This document shows, piece after piece, positions 36,098 through 46,938 of a DNA stretch of 64,000 bases. The notes below the pieces were generated by a model, which saw only the letters and a list, made by a program, of their open reading frames with translations, was not told the DNA's origin and ran no database searches. Numbering within the stretch: position 1 is the first letter of the stretch; each line of letters begins with the position of its first letter. A program made the translations under genes and the position numbers. Origin of the DNA: Variovorax paradoxus (GTDB lineage: Bacteria > Bacteroidota > Bacteroidia > Flavobacteriales > Flavobacteriaceae); assembly GCA_943370635.1 (NCBI GenBank), contig CALRRY020000012.1:7856-71855 (forward strand), read 5' to 3'.

Positions 36098-36970
36098 TTA
36101 AAGTATATGTTTCTGAGCATGATAAGATGATCTTACCAACGCTCCACTTTCCACATGGCGGAAACCTAATTCTTTTCCGATTTCTTCGTATTTTTTGAAT
36201 TGTTCCGGAGTGATGAATTCTTTTACCGGTAAATGTTTTTTGCTCGGTTGAAGGTATTGTCCAATCGTAACAATATCTACGTTTACAGAGCGAAGGTCTT
36301 TCATGGTTTCAATAACTTCTTCTTCTGTTTCGCCTAAGCCTAACATGATTCCGGATTTGGTTCTTCGGATTCCTTTTTCTTTTAAGTAGCGTAAAACTTC
36401 TAAGCTTCGGTCATATTTTGCTTGAATACGCACTTCGCGAGTTAAGCGACGTACTGTTTCCATATTATGTGAAACTACTTCCGGATTGGCTTCAATGATT
36501 CGATCGATATTTCTTTCCACTCCTTGAAAATCAGGAATTAAGGTTTCTAAGGTGGTTTGCGGATTCATTCTTCGGATGGCCAAAATTGTTTCATACCAAA
36601 TAATGGATCCCATATCTTTTAAATCGTCGCGGTCTACACTAGTTACTACCGCATGTTTGATATTCATGATTTTGATGGAACGAGCCACTTTTTCCGGTTC
36701 ATCCCAATCTACTGTTTCCGGACGACCGGTTTTTACTCCACAAAATCCACATGAACGCGTACAAATATTTCCGAGAATCATAAAGGTTGCCGTGCCTTCT
36801 CCCCAACATTCTCCCATGTTTGGGCAACTTCCGGAGGTGCAAATGGTGTTCAATTTATATTTATCAACCAATCCTCTAAGCTCGGTGTATTTTTGTCCGG
36901 TTGGCAATTTTACTCTCAGCCATTTCGGTTTTCCAACCGGTGGTTGAACATGGTCTAAAACAGTATTCAT
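36098..36970 (-). CDS. lipA: Lipoyl synthase
   Basis: [21 protein letters not shown] radical SAM motif, [17 protein letters not shown]. Confidence 0.98.
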   Translation of the reverse strand: MNTVLDHVQPPVGKPKWLRVKLPTGQKYTELRGLVDKYKLNTICTSGSCPNMGECWGEGTATFMILGNICTRSCGFCGVKTGRPETVDWDEPEKVARSIKIMNIKHAVVTSVDRDDLKDMGSIIWYETILAIRRMNPQTTLETLIPDFQGVERNIDRIIEANPEVVSHNMETVRRLTREVRIQAKYDRSLEVLRYLKEKGIRRTKSGIMLGLGETEEEVIETMKDLRSVNVDIVTIGQYLQPSKKHLPVKEFITPEQFKKYEEIGKELGFRHVESGALVRSSYHAQKHIL

Positions 36971-37067
36971 ATTCTTTTTATTGAAGTACAAAGATAAGAA
37001 AAAACGAAATGTAAACTCAAGAACTCAAAAATTAGGATTTCTTTATTATTTGTTGAATTAAGCGAAC

Positions 37068-38312
37068 TCAATCAATAAAATCCAAATCGGAATTGTGCGT
37101 TTCAGCAATAGTTAATGTTGCATAAATTCCCAGTCCAAAAACAACTGCTCCAACAATAGCTGCGGACCAAATTACACCATAATCTACTTTGAAAAAATCA
37201 AATCCGATAAGCATTATCGGTAATAAACCTCTCACCATATTGGGTACAGTTGTTGTGGCTGTACTTCGAATATTTGTACCAAATTGTTCTGCCGCTACAG
37301 TTACAAACATGGCCCAATAACCGGTTCCTAATCCGAGCCAGCAGCAATAGAAATAATACATGTTTTCGGATTTTTGACCACTAAATAGAAGGAGTAAAAC
37401 ACCAATAATGGTGAAAAGCATCATGTATAAAATTGCTTTTTTTCGTGAATGCAATGCATGAGAAATAAAACCACTGGCAAAATCTCCGGCAGAAATTCCG
37501 ATATATGCCCACATGATCGCTTTTCCGGGTTGTAGGGAATCAATTCCCATAACATCAGCAAATTGATTCGCCATGACGGCTAAAATTCCAATGCAAAACC
37601 AAGTGGGTAAACCAATCGCAATGCATCGTAGGTATTTTATAAATCTGTCTTTGTTGGTAAAAAAAGAGATAAAATTGCCTTTTGAAACCTGATGACGATG
37701 TTGAATGTCTTTATAAATACCACTTTCCACTACACCAATACGTAGAAGTAAAAGAGCTAAACCCATGGCACCACCAATAAAATAGGCAATTGTCCAACTT
37801 CCGGCCAATTCAACAGTAAGTTGAGCGACTACAGCCCCTAACAATCCAAATCCAGCCACAATGGAAGTGCCAATTGCACGTAATTCTTTTGGTAAACTTT
37901 CTGCAACTAAAGTGATGCCTGCTCCTAATTCTCCTGCTAAACCTACTCCGGCAATAAAGCGTAAAACAGCATACAGCATGACTTTGTCTTCCATAGGAAA
38001 TTGAGGTAAAAATCCACACGCAATATTGGCCAATGAATACACCAAAATGGAACCGAATAAAACAGAAAGACGTCCTTTTTTGTCGCCAAGCACTCCCCAA
38101 AGAATACCACCGACCAGCAAACCGGTCATTTGAAAATTTAGAATTGTTGTTCCGTCTTGGTCAACATTCATTCCTAATTCAATAAGACTTGGCACTCGCA
38201 CAATTCCGAAAAGCAATAAATCATAAATGTCTACAAAATAGCCTAAAGCAGCCACAATAACAGGAAGACTTAAAAGATGTTTGAGTTTTTCAGCTCGGGT
38301 AAAAGTTGTCAT
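37068..38312 (-). CDS. MFS transporter
   Basis: VAALGYFVDIYDLLLF, GDKKGR, GLAGELGAG; about 12 TM segments. Confidence 0.92.
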   Translation of the reverse strand: MTTFTRAEKLKHLLSLPVIVAALGYFVDIYDLLLFGIVRVPSLIELGMNVDQDGTTILNFQMTGLLVGGILWGVLGDKKGRLSVLFGSILVYSLANIACGFLPQFPMEDKVMLYAVLRFIAGVGLAGELGAGITLVAESLPKELRAIGTSIVAGFGLLGAVVAQLTVELAGSWTIAYFIGGAMGLALLLLRIGVVESGIYKDIQHRHQVSKGNFISFFTNKDRFIKYLRCIAIGLPTWFCIGILAVMANQFADVMGIDSLQPGKAIMWAYIGISAGDFASGFISHALHSRKKAILYMMLFTIIGVLLLLFSGQKSENMYYFYCCWLGLGTGYWAMFVTVAAEQFGTNIRSTATTTVPNMVRGLLPIMLIGFDFFKVDYGVIWSAAIVGAVVFGLGIYATLTIAETHNSDLDFID

Positions 38313-38351
38313 TTTTTGTTTGTTGAGAAAAACAAAAATAACAAAATAGTA

Positions 38352-38900
38352 TTATCGTTGTTGAATGATTTCAGCGAGTAATTTTTTTGCTCGAAGTAGC
38401 TTCACTTTTACATTGCTGAGAGGTTCATTCAATTGTTCTGCAATTTCCTGGTAACTTAATTCCTGAAAATATCGAAGTTGAATTACTTCCTGATAATGGG
38501 GTTTCAATTCCTTGATATAACTCAATAATCGGGAAAGATTTTGTTCCGTTATTAATTTATCTTCTACCGAAGGTGTAGTATCAGCGACATTGTACATTGG
38601 GTGGTTTTCTTCATCGGAAATTTCTACGAATGGTGTAATTTTCTTTTTCCGTAAAGCATCAATATGTACATTTTTTGCAATGGCAATCAACCAAGTATTG
38701 AATTGAAATTCAGGATTGTAACTGTTCAGTTTGTCGAAGGCTTTTGAAAATGTTTCTATGGTAATGTCTTCTGCATCCGTTTCATTTTCTGTTCTTTTCA
38801 GCATAAAACCATATACTTCATTCCAATACATATCCAACAAGGAAGTAAAGGCAACTTGGTCGCCATTGATTGCTTTTTGTATGGTTTTATTTATTTCCAA
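38352..38900 (-). CDS. ECF RNA polymerase sigma factor
   Basis: AEDITIETFSKAF, FNTWLIAIAKN, LSYQEIAEQLNEPLSNVKVKLLRAKK; TTG start at 38900 inferred. Confidence 0.9.
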   Translation of the reverse strand: MEINKTIQKAINGDQVAFTSLLDMYWNEVYGFMLKRTENETDAEDITIETFSKAFDKLNSYNPEFQFNTWLIAIAKNVHIDALRKKKITPFVEISDEENHPMYNVADTTPSVEDKLITEQNLSRLLSYIKELKPHYQEVIQLRYFQELSYQEIAEQLNEPLSNVKVKLLRAKKLLAEIIQQR

Positions 38901-39997
38901 TGTACAGGTTTTGAGAAAATATTGCTCAGAAAAACATTTAATTGTACCACTAATAAAGCAATTTCCATAAATGGGTACCAATAGATAACGTCTTTTTCAT
39001 TCAATTTATTTGCGGCATATCCCATTACCAACCAGGCAACCAAATAGCGAAACAAAACGATTGGTAAAACAATCATCCACAAATACTGAAATGATAAAAG
39101 TAAAACAGCAAGTAGCAAAAAGGAAAGTTGTGAAAAATAGAATAATCCCAATTGAAAACGGTCAAAACCTTTGTAATAAGAGGCCGTTGAAACATGTCTT
39201 CTTTTTTGGGTAAACCATTCTTTGAACGTTGTTTTAGGTTTTGAATACGTAAAGCTATCTTTAGAAAAGCAAATGGTTGTGTTGGCTCCGTTTGCCGCTT
39301 GATTGATAAACAAATCATCATCTCCTGAGCGAATTTTCATGTGGTCAATAAAGCCGTTTACTTTGAAAAATTCTTCTCTTTTGTAGGCTAAATTTCGACC
39401 AACTCCCATGTATGGTTTCCCTATTTTAGCCCAACCAAAATATTGGGTAGCGGTTAGTAAGGTTTCAAAACGAATTAACTTATTTAAAAAGGAATTTTGA
39501 ATTTTTTCATACGCTCCATAACCTAAAACAATGGTTTTTTTGAGTGTAAATTGTGCACTCATTTCTTTAATCCAATTGGGTGAGGTAGGATAACAATCAG
39601 CATCTGTAAACAAAAGATATTCGAATTTTGCGGCTTTGATACCCAGCGTTAAAGCAAATTTTTTATTTCCCCAAAAGGCTTCATTGTTTTCAACTTTAAC
39701 CAATTTAATATTGGAATATTGTTTTTCAAATGCTTCAAAAATTTCTAATGTGTTATCAGAAGAGGAATCGTCAATTAATACAATTTCAAATTCAGGATAG
39801 TTTTGTTCTAAAAGAAGCGGTACAAACTTCTGTACGTTTTCCTCCTCATTTTTAGCACAAACAATTACTGAAATCGGAATTCTTTTAGGAGTAGAATCGT
39901 TGTTTTTCAGAAAAGAGAATTTTCCAAAAACCACCAAATAGTATAAAAGCTGAATGATTCCAATACCAATTAGAGCATAAAATAATAAGTGCAGCAT
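38891..39997 (-). CDS. Glycosyltransferase family 2
   Basis: SVIVCAKNE, IDDSSSD, KKFALTLG, LLFTDADC, SGDDDL, QKRRH. Confidence 0.92.
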   Translation of the reverse strand: MLHLLFYALIGIGIIQLLYYLVVFGKFSFLKNNDSTPKRIPISVIVCAKNEEENVQKFVPLLLEQNYPEFEIVLIDDSSSDNTLEIFEAFEKQYSNIKLVKVENNEAFWGNKKFALTLGIKAAKFEYLLFTDADCYPTSPNWIKEMSAQFTLKKTIVLGYGAYEKIQNSFLNKLIRFETLLTATQYFGWAKIGKPYMGVGRNLAYKREEFFKVNGFIDHMKIRSGDDDLFINQAANGANTTICFSKDSFTYSKPKTTFKEWFTQKRRHVSTASYYKGFDRFQLGLFYFSQLSFLLLAVLLLSFQYLWMIVLPIVLFRYLVAWLVMGYAANKLNEKDVIYWYPFMEIALLVVQLNVFLSNIFSKPVHWK

Positions 39998-40009
39998 AAA
40001 TTTTATCGC

Positions 40010-40213
40010 TTACGAATGACTTGGTTCTGAACAATCTTTCATTTCTTCCGGCGTGCGACCACAAAAACTACAGTTTTCACCGTCTTTGTTTAAAAATGGG
40101 CTTTGGCTGGCACAGGTACCGGCAAATTTACCGTCTTTTTTCAACCATATTTTAATTGCTATTCCGGCAAAAGCCAAAGCAAGAAGACCAATCGTAAGAA
40201 GTATCAATTTCAT
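40010..40213 (-). CDS. Small membrane-anchored Cys-containing protein
   Basis: N-terminal TM helix, then KKDGKFAGTCAS...CSFCG. Confidence 0.7.
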   Translation of the reverse strand: MKLILLTIGLLALAFAGIAIKIWLKKDGKFAGTCASQSPFLNKDGENCSFCGRTPEEMKDCSEPSHS

Positions 40214-40275
40214 GTGTGGTAATTTTTGATGGCAAAGGTACAAAAAAGAAAGAAATTTTAATTCAAAAAGAAGGG

Positions 40276-41289
40276 TTAAATAATGTTCACTTCTGCTTCT
40301 ATCGATATACCGTATTGCTCAAAAACAGTTTGTTGAATGGTTTTCGAAAGAGCATAAATTTCCTTTCCGGTTGCCTTTCCATAATTAACCAAAACTAAGG
40401 CTTGAAATTGATGGATTCCTGCATCACCAAAACGTTTTCCTTTGAATCCGGCTTGTTCAATTAGCCAACCTGCAGGAACTTTTACTTCCGTTTCAGAAAC
40501 GGTGTAGCTTGGCATTTCGGGAAATTTCACTTTAATTTTATCATAATCTGCTTTTAGAATTACCGGATTTTTAAAAAAACTTCCGCTATTTCCCAGTTCT
40601 TTAGGGTCGGGAAGTTTGCTTTTTCGAATGGCAATAACCGCATCACTAACATCTTTTATGGTAGGTTGTAGTATTCCGTTTTTCACTAATTCAGTATCAA
40701 TCGCACCGTAAGAAGTATTCAGTTGGTGATTTCTTTTGGTCAGTTTAAAAACAACAGATAAGATAATAAATTCATCTTTGACTTCATTTTTAAAAATACT
40801 TTCGCGGTAGCCAAACCGGCATTTTTCTTTGGTAAAAATCAGGTTTTCAGTCGTTTCGATATGCATCGCTTCGCAGAGAACAAAACTGTCTTTCATTTCA
40901 ACGCCATAGGCACCAATATTTTGAATTGGTGTAGTACCCACATTTCCGGGAATGAGCGAAAGATTTTCTAAACCACCAAAATCCTGGTCAATTGTCCAAA
41001 GTACAAATTCATGCCAATTCTCCCCGGCTTGAGCTTCTACCCATACAAAATTGTCGTTTTCATCAATAATTTTTTTGCCTTTTAGATCAACATGAATGAC
41101 TAATGCATCAATATCTTTCGTTAAAAGCATGTTACTTCCACCACCCAAAATAAATTTTTTAGAGGAAGGAAATTGAATTAACACTTCTTTTAATTCAGCT
41201 TGATTGTGCACGGAAACAAATTCTTTTGCTTTCGCTTCAATACCAAAAGTGTTGTAGTTTTTTAATGAAAAATCGGTTAAAATTTGCAT
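40276..41289 (-). CDS. murB: UDP-N-acetylmuramate dehydrogenase
   Basis: LGGGSNML, IPGNVG, QNIGAYG, FGYRES, GNSGSFFKNP, HQFQALV, EAEVN. Confidence 0.97.
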   Translation of the reverse strand: MQILTDFSLKNYNTFGIEAKAKEFVSVHNQAELKEVLIQFPSSKKFILGGGSNMLLTKDIDALVIHVDLKGKKIIDENDNFVWVEAQAGENWHEFVLWTIDQDFGGLENLSLIPGNVGTTPIQNIGAYGVEMKDSFVLCEAMHIETTENLIFTKEKCRFGYRESIFKNEVKDEFIILSVVFKLTKRNHQLNTSYGAIDTELVKNGILQPTIKDVSDAVIAIRKSKLPDPKELGNSGSFFKNPVILKADYDKIKVKFPEMPSYTVSETEVKVPAGWLIEQAGFKGKRFGDAGIHQFQALVLVNYGKATGKEIYALSKTIQQTVFEQYGISIEAEVNII

Positions 41290-41296
41290 GATTCAG

Positions 41297-41971
41297 TTAT
41301 TCAACGGTTTCTAACGCTCGGTTTAAAAATTCGTTCAAGGGTTTTAATAAAAGTAATTTATCCGCTATTTTTTTAGCAAAATCAGCATCAAAAAAGTCTG
41401 AGTCTTTGATGGAATACGTAGCAGTATAACTCTTTAATTTCAGATGTTCAATGGCCGGATGATTCGGTTCAACATCTTTTGGGGCTTTTTTCAACACATT
41501 TTGTTCTTCGCGATCAAGTGCATGAAAGGTATTTTTGAAAGCTACATCATTTAAAATGGTGTTTAAGTCTTCATAAAAAAAAGCAATTTCTTTTCTTATT
41601 TTTTTTACCTCTTCAGGTTCCGGACAATACAATCCACCGGCAATGAAGCTTTTACCCTTTTCGTAATGGACATAATATCCGGGTGCATTTTTTTGGTTTT
41701 TTCGGGTAGAAAACCAAATGCCTAAATTGGTTTTATAAGGCGATTTATCTTTTGCAAAACGAATGTCGCGATTGATTCGGAAAGTACAATTTTTAATTTC
41801 TAAATCACTTAACATCGGGTCTCCTTTTTTCATTTCCTCTAACAAAGCTGCAATTAGTGCATGATATTCTTTTTTAAATAGTTCATATTGCTTTTTATGG
41901 TCGTGAAACCATTCTTTGTTATTGTTGTTTTTCAACTCTTCTAAAAACAGAAATGCGTCTTTTAAAGCCAT
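41297..41971 (-). CDS. DUF2461 family protein
   Basis: LKNNNNKEWF, FRINRDIRFAKDKSPYK, PGYYVH, AGGLY. Confidence 0.9.
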   Translation of the reverse strand: MALKDAFLFLEELKNNNNKEWFHDHKKQYELFKKEYHALIAALLEEMKKGDPMLSDLEIKNCTFRINRDIRFAKDKSPYKTNLGIWFSTRKNQKNAPGYYVHYEKGKSFIAGGLYCPEPEEVKKIRKEIAFFYEDLNTILNDVAFKNTFHALDREEQNVLKKAPKDVEPNHPAIEHLKLKSYTATYSIKDSDFFDADFAKKIADKLLLLKPLNEFLNRALETVE

Positions 41972-42063
41972 ATTTAATTTATTTAATGAAGGCACACAAA
42001 GGTAAAAGAACCATTTTAATTTGAATGGAAATCAACATTAATTTTTAGTGGTAGCCGAAAAGT

Positions 42064-43146
42064 TTAGGATAACGTAAACAAAGAATATTTTTGTTTTGTT
42101 TTTTTTACAATTAACTCGGTGCGTTCTTCATGTGTATCAGAAATAAACAATTGCCCAAATTCGTCTTTGTTAACCATTTCTACAATTTTAGCCACACGGG
42201 ATTCATCGAGTTTATCAAAAATATCATCGAGCAGTAAGATTGGTTTTTGTCCGCTTTGTTTCTTTAAAAAATCAAATTGAGCTAGTTTTAAAGCGATTAA
42301 AAATGATTTTTGCTGACCTTGTGAACCAAATTTTTTGATGGGATATCCTTTGATTTCAAACGCTAAATCATCTTTGTGAATACCCATTGTGGTGTATTGA
42401 ACTATTTTGTCTTTTTGAATGGATTCGTCCAATAATTGATGCAAATCGTTATCAAAAAGGTGGCTTTCATACCGCAAAGAAACCTCTTCAACGGAATTCG
42501 TTATCGATTGATGATGCTTGTTAAAAATCGGTAAGAATAATTCAATAAATTCTTTTCGGGTTTCAAAAATGGCATGCCCTAATTGATGCAATTGTTCGTT
42601 GTAAATGGAAAGTGTTTCACCATCAAAAGTATGATTAAGAGCAAAATACTTCAGTAATGCATTTCGTTGTTGAAGAATTTTTTGGTACTGAATCAATTGA
42701 TTTAAATACGTTGGGTTCAATTGTGAAATAACGGAATCCATAAATTTTCTTCTGGTTTCGCTACCTTCAATGATTAAATCCGTATCATAGGGGGAAATAA
42801 TCACTAACGGAATTAATCCTAAATGTTCAGAAAATTTTTCATACACCTTACCATTGCGTTTTAAGGTTTTTTTGAACCCTTTTTTTAAGCTACACACAAT
42901 TTGTTCGGTGCGATCGTTTTTATCAAAATCACCTTCAATTACAAAAAAATCTTCTCCGTGTTTGATATTTTGAACCGCTAATGGATTAAAATAACTTTTT
43001 CCATTTGCCAAATGGTAAATGGCATCTAACACATTGGTTTTTCCTACACCGTTTTTCCCCACAAAACAATTGATTTTACTCTCAAAATTGAATTCAATTT
43101 CGGAGAAGTTTTTATAATTGAGTAAAGAAATTCGTTTTAAATACAA
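42064..43146 (-). CDS. recF: DNA replication/repair protein RecF
   Basis: [35 protein letters not shown]. Confidence 0.97.
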   Translation of the reverse strand: MYLKRISLLNYKNFSEIEFNFESKINCFVGKNGVGKTNVLDAIYHLANGKSYFNPLAVQNIKHGEDFFVIEGDFDKNDRTEQIVCSLKKGFKKTLKRNGKVYEKFSEHLGLIPLVIISPYDTDLIIEGSETRRKFMDSVISQLNPTYLNQLIQYQKILQQRNALLKYFALNHTFDGETLSIYNEQLHQLGHAIFETRKEFIELFLPIFNKHHQSITNSVEEVSLRYESHLFDNDLHQLLDESIQKDKIVQYTTMGIHKDDLAFEIKGYPIKKFGSQGQQKSFLIALKLAQFDFLKKQSGQKPILLLDDIFDKLDESRVAKIVEMVNKDEFGQLFISDTHEERTELIVKKTKQKYSLFTLS

Positions 43147-43285
43147 GGTAAAAGAACAATTTTTCGGATTAAATTTTATACAGCAAAAATAATCGGATTT
43201 TAAGTAATAACTACACTATTATGGAAAGACTTTTAAATAAATTAAAAATATCTGGAAAATTACTTTTAAATAGGAATAAAAATTT

Positions 43286-43293
43286 TATTTTTG
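43286..43293 (+). promoter_or_regulatory. Bacteroidetes -7 element TAnnTTTG
   Basis: TATTTTTG 22 nt upstream of the ATG at 43316. Confidence 0.55.
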
Positions 43294-43315
43294 CCGCTCA
43301 TTAAATTTAGAATAA

Positions 43316-44098
43316 ATGGCAACTTATAACAAAAGAGGATTCAAAGCACCTAAACCGAAAGAAGTTGAAGATATTGAAAATGATGTAGAAGTTGATATCG
43401 ATGCAAAAGACAGTACTACAGCAGGAGTATTTAATTCACTTGATGAAGGAGCTTCCAAAGCAGAAGAGTGGGTAGTACGCAATCAAAAATATATTTTTGG
43501 AGTTGTGGGTGCTATTGCTTTGGTTACAATTGGATATTTGGCATATCAAAAATTTATTGTAGAACCAAAAGAGTTAGAAGCGGCGGATGAAATGTTTTTA
43601 GCTCAACAAAATTTTCAAAAAGCGTTAGATGCCACTACGGGACAAGATAGTTTGTTTAATGTGGCGTTGAATGGTGCAGATGGAAAATACGGTTTTGTTA
43701 AAATAGCTGCTGAGTATTCAGGTACAGATGCAGGAAATTTAGCGAATTATTATGCCGGAATTGCCTATTTAAACACCGGAAAAAATACGGAAGCGATTGC
43801 TTATTTAGATAAGTTTTCCTCTGAGGATATGATTTTAAGTGCTTTAGCAAAAGGTGCGGTTGGAGATGCGTTTGCTCAAAAAAATCAGTTAAAAGAAGCG
43901 TTGGAATATTATAAAAAAGCAGCTGAAATGAATCCAAACGATTTAACTACGCCTCGCTTTTTATTGAAAGCCGGTCAAACCGCTTTTAGTTTAGGTCAAA
44001 AAGCGGATGCTTTAAAATATTTTACAGAAATTAAAGAAAAATACGAAGCTGCACCGGAAGCAAAAAACATTGACGGATTAATCGGAATGGCTCAATAA
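43316..44098 (+). CDS. Membrane-anchored TPR protein (YfgM-like)
   Basis: One TM segment, then TPRs (ANYYAGIAY, ALEYYKKAA). Confidence 0.85.
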   Translation: MATYNKRGFKAPKPKEVEDIENDVEVDIDAKDSTTAGVFNSLDEGASKAEEWVVRNQKYIFGVVGAIALVTIGYLAYQKFIVEPKELEAADEMFLAQQNFQKALDATTGQDSLFNVALNGADGKYGFVKIAAEYSGTDAGNLANYYAGIAYLNTGKNTEAIAYLDKFSSEDMILSALAKGAVGDAFAQKNQLKEALEYYKKAAEMNPNDLTTPRFLLKAGQTAFSLGQKADALKYFTEIKEKYEAAPEAKNIDGLIGMAQ

Positions 44099-44100
44099 AT

Positions 44101-44580
44101 ATGGCAACCGAAAATAAAAATTTATCGCATTACGATAAAAATACACTCCCAAACGTTAGTCAACTTTCGTTTGGGATTGTTGTTTCTGAATGGAATGAAA
44201 CGATAACTGAAGGTCTTTTTAAAGGAGCTTTGGATACTTTATTAGATTGTGATGTTCATCCGGACAATATCATTCGATGGAATGTTCCCGGCAGTTTTGA
44301 ATTGATTTATGGCTGTAAAAAAATGATGGACAAACATCCGGATTTAGCCGGAATTATTGCCATTGGAAGTGTAATTCAAGGGGAAACTAAACATTTTGAT
44401 TTTGTTTGTGAAGGTGTCACACAAGGAATCAAAGACCTAAATATTTTAGGGAAAATGCCCGTTATTTTTTGTGTATTGACGGATAATAACATGCAACAAT
44501 CGCTTGACAGAAGTGGAGGAAAGCACGGCAATAAAGGTGTAGAAGCGGCAGTTGCGGCAATAAAAATGACAGCTTTATAG
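44101..44580 (+). CDS. ribH: 6,7-dimethyl-8-ribityllumazine synthase
   Basis: VVSEWN, VPGSFEL, IGSVIQGETKHFDFV, HGNKG.EAA. Confidence 0.97.
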   Translation: MATENKNLSHYDKNTLPNVSQLSFGIVVSEWNETITEGLFKGALDTLLDCDVHPDNIIRWNVPGSFELIYGCKKMMDKHPDLAGIIAIGSVIQGETKHFDFVCEGVTQGIKDLNILGKMPVIFCVLTDNNMQQSLDRSGGKHGNKGVEAAVAAIKMTAL

Positions 44581-44607
44581 AAAAAATATTTCTTGTACAA
44601 AACTTAC

Positions 44608-44636
44608 AGCCAAAGTCAAATGATTTTGGCTTTTTT
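44608..44636 (+). terminator. Intrinsic terminator after ribH
   Basis: agccaaagtca-aa-tgattttggct plus T-tract. Confidence 0.65.
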
Positions 44637-44794
44637 AGTTTTAAGATTCATTAACTAATGATTTTAATCTTGATAGTTTTTAAAACCTGTTAGGTGTATG
44701 ATTAGTATTCTTTTAAAAACTAACAAAACTTTCACACGGTTAAATTTTCTAGTCTTTTTAGAATTGCTTAACTTTGAATGTTAATATTGAAAAC

Positions 44795-45088
44795 ATGTTA
44801 AAGCGATCGTTATTTAAATTACCTAGAAACAAAAGTTTTAATTACACTCCCCGTTATTATGATGGAAAGGAGTTGGGTAATCCTTATGATTTTGACTCTG
44901 TTTTTTATAAAAATAGAGATTCGGTAAATTATAATGATTATCGATCGCATTGGAAACAAGCCAGAAATGAAAGTAGGCATCGAGGGAACCGAGAGGTCAG
45001 CTTCAGACTTATTGCGATAGTTTTGGTTTTGATTTTATTGTTTTTATTCGTTATCGATTTCGATTTGTCTATATTCAATAGAAGATAA
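44795..45088 (+). CDS. Small hypothetical membrane protein
   Basis: F.YTPRYY motif and C-terminal TM helix; TAATG coupling to mutL. Confidence 0.7.
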   Translation: MLKRSLFKLPRNKSFNYTPRYYDGKELGNPYDFDSVFYKNRDSVNYNDYRSHWKQARNESRHRGNREVSFRLIAIVLVLILLFLFVIDFDLSIFNRR

Positions 45089-46938
45089 TGTCGAGTGTTA
45101 TTCATTTACTTCCCGATCATGTAGCTAATCAAATTGCTGCCGGTGAGGTCGTTCAGCGGCCTGCCTCGGTGGTGAAGGAATTATTGGAAAATGCTGTAGA
45201 TGCAAAAGCAACCAACATCAAATTAATAGTAAAAGATGCCGGAAGATCGCTCGTTCAAGTGATTGATAACGGTCAAGGAATGAATGTGACGGATGCCAGA
45301 ATGTGTTTTGAACGTCATGCTACTTCCAAAATTCGTCATGCCGAAGATTTGTTTTCACTCTATACCAAAGGTTTTCGTGGTGAAGCATTGGCTTCTATTG
45401 CTGCAATTGCTCATGTTGAGTTAAAAACGAAGCAAGAAAATGATGAATTAGGTACACACATCATTATCGAAGGGAGTAAATTTATTTCTCAAGATCCTGC
45501 TGTTTTACCTAAAGGAACCTCTTTTGCTGTCAAAAATTTATTTTTTAATATTCCGGCACGTCGAAATTTTTTAAAATCAGAAACGGTTGAACATCGTCAT
45601 ATTATTGATGAATTTCAGCGGGTAGCTTTGGCACATCCTGCCATTCATTTTACCTTTATTCATAACGGAAGTGAATTATTTAATCTTCCTTCCTCCAATT
45701 TACGTCAACGAATTGTAAATCTGTTTGCCGGTAAAACAAATGAAAAGTTGGTGCCGATTTCTGAAGAAACAGAAATTGTGAAAGTACAAGGTTTTATTGC
45801 AAAACCTGAATTTTCTAAGAAAAGCAGAACCGAACAATTCTTTTTTGTGAATGATCGATTCATTAAAAGTGGTTATTTGCATCATGCCGTGATGGCTGCT
45901 TATGAAGGCTTATTAAAAGACGGAATGCAACCTGCTTACTTTATATATTTAGAGGTGCCACCGAATACCATCGATATCAATATTCATCCTACTAAAACAG
46001 AAATCAAATTTGATGATGAGCATTCGTTATATGCGATTTTGCGTTCAACCGTTAAACATAGTTTAGGTCAATTTAATGTTGCCCCAGTATTGGATTTTGA
46101 ACGGGATCCAAATTTGGATACGCCTTATGAATACCAAGAAAAAGAGGCTTCTATGCCGATCATTCAGGTAGATGCTAATTTTAATCCGTTTGCACAAGAT
46201 AAACCATCAAAATCGTATTCAGGTTCAAGTTACAGAGAAAAAAGGGCAGATGCTCCAGCATGGGAAAGTTTGTATGTGGGTTTAAAAAATGATGTACAAG
46301 AAATTGATGTGCATTCGTTTGAACAAGTGGCGGTATCCAGTTCATTGTTTAATGATGTTGATTTGGAAGAATCTCAAAACAGGACTTACCAAATTCATAA
46401 AAAATATATCGTAAGTTCTATTAAGTCCGGAATGATGGTGATTGACCAACAAAGGGCTCATCAACGTATTTTATATGAACAGTATCTAAAAAATATGACC
46501 GTTCAACAAGCTTCAAGTCAACAGTTGCTTTTTCCATTGGAATTGTATTTTTCTGTGCATGAGATTCAATTGTTGAATGAATTGAAACCATCTTTAGTTA
46601 CTACCGGATTTGTTTTTGATTTGATAGAAAATGATAAAGTAATCATTTCAGGCATTCCCGTTCATATCACGGAAAGTGAAGTTTCGATTGTATTAGAAGA
46701 ACTGATGAATGATTTACAAAGTGATACTCCTGAAAACAGTTTTAGTTTAAATGACAGCATTGCCAAATCAATGGCCAAAAGTTTAGCGGTTCGAACAGGA
46801 ACCTATTTGACCGAAAAAGAACAGGAAAACATTGTCAACAGTTTATTTGCATGTAAAGAACCAGATGTTTCTCCATTTCATAAACCCACATTCATCACCA
46901 TTAGCGTAGATGATTTAGATAAAAAATTTGCTATATGA
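45088..46938 (+). CDS. mutL: DNA mismatch repair protein MutL
   Basis: NQIAAGEVVQRPASVVKELLENAVDA, GFRGEALAS, DINIHPTKTE, DQQRAHQR. Confidence 0.98.
   Translation: MSSVIHLLPDHVANQIAAGEVVQRPASVVKELLENAVDAKATNIKLIVKDAGRSLVQVIDNGQGMNVTDARMCFERHATSKIRHAEDLFSLYTKGFRGEALASIAAIAHVELKTKQENDELGTHIIIEGSKFISQDPAVLPKGTSFAVKNLFFNIPARRNFLKSETVEHRHIIDEFQRVALAHPAIHFTFIHNGSELFNLPSSNLRQRIVNLFAGKTNEKLVPISEETEIVKVQGFIAKPEFSKKSRTEQFFFVNDRFIKSGYLHHAVMAAYEGLLKDGMQPAYFIYLEVPPNTIDINIHPTKTEIKFDDEHSLYAILRSTVKHSLGQFNVAPVLDFERDPNLDTPYEYQEKEASMPIIQVDANFNPFAQDKPSKSYSGSSYREKRADAPAWESLYVGLKNDVQEIDVHSFEQVAVSSSLFNDVDLEESQNRTYQIHKKYIVSSIKSGMMVIDQQRAHQRILYEQYLKNMTVQQASSQQLLFPLELYFSVHEIQLLNELKPSLVTTGFVFDLIENDKVIISGIPVHITESEVSIVLEELMNDLQSDTPENSFSLNDSIAKSMAKSLAVRTGTYLTEKEQENIVNSLFACKEPDVSPFHKPTFITISVDDLDKKFAI

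Noticed and set aside
43316-44640. FMN riboswitch near ribH
   Set aside because: ribH starts 2 nt after the upstream stop; no room and no conserved riboswitch core seen.
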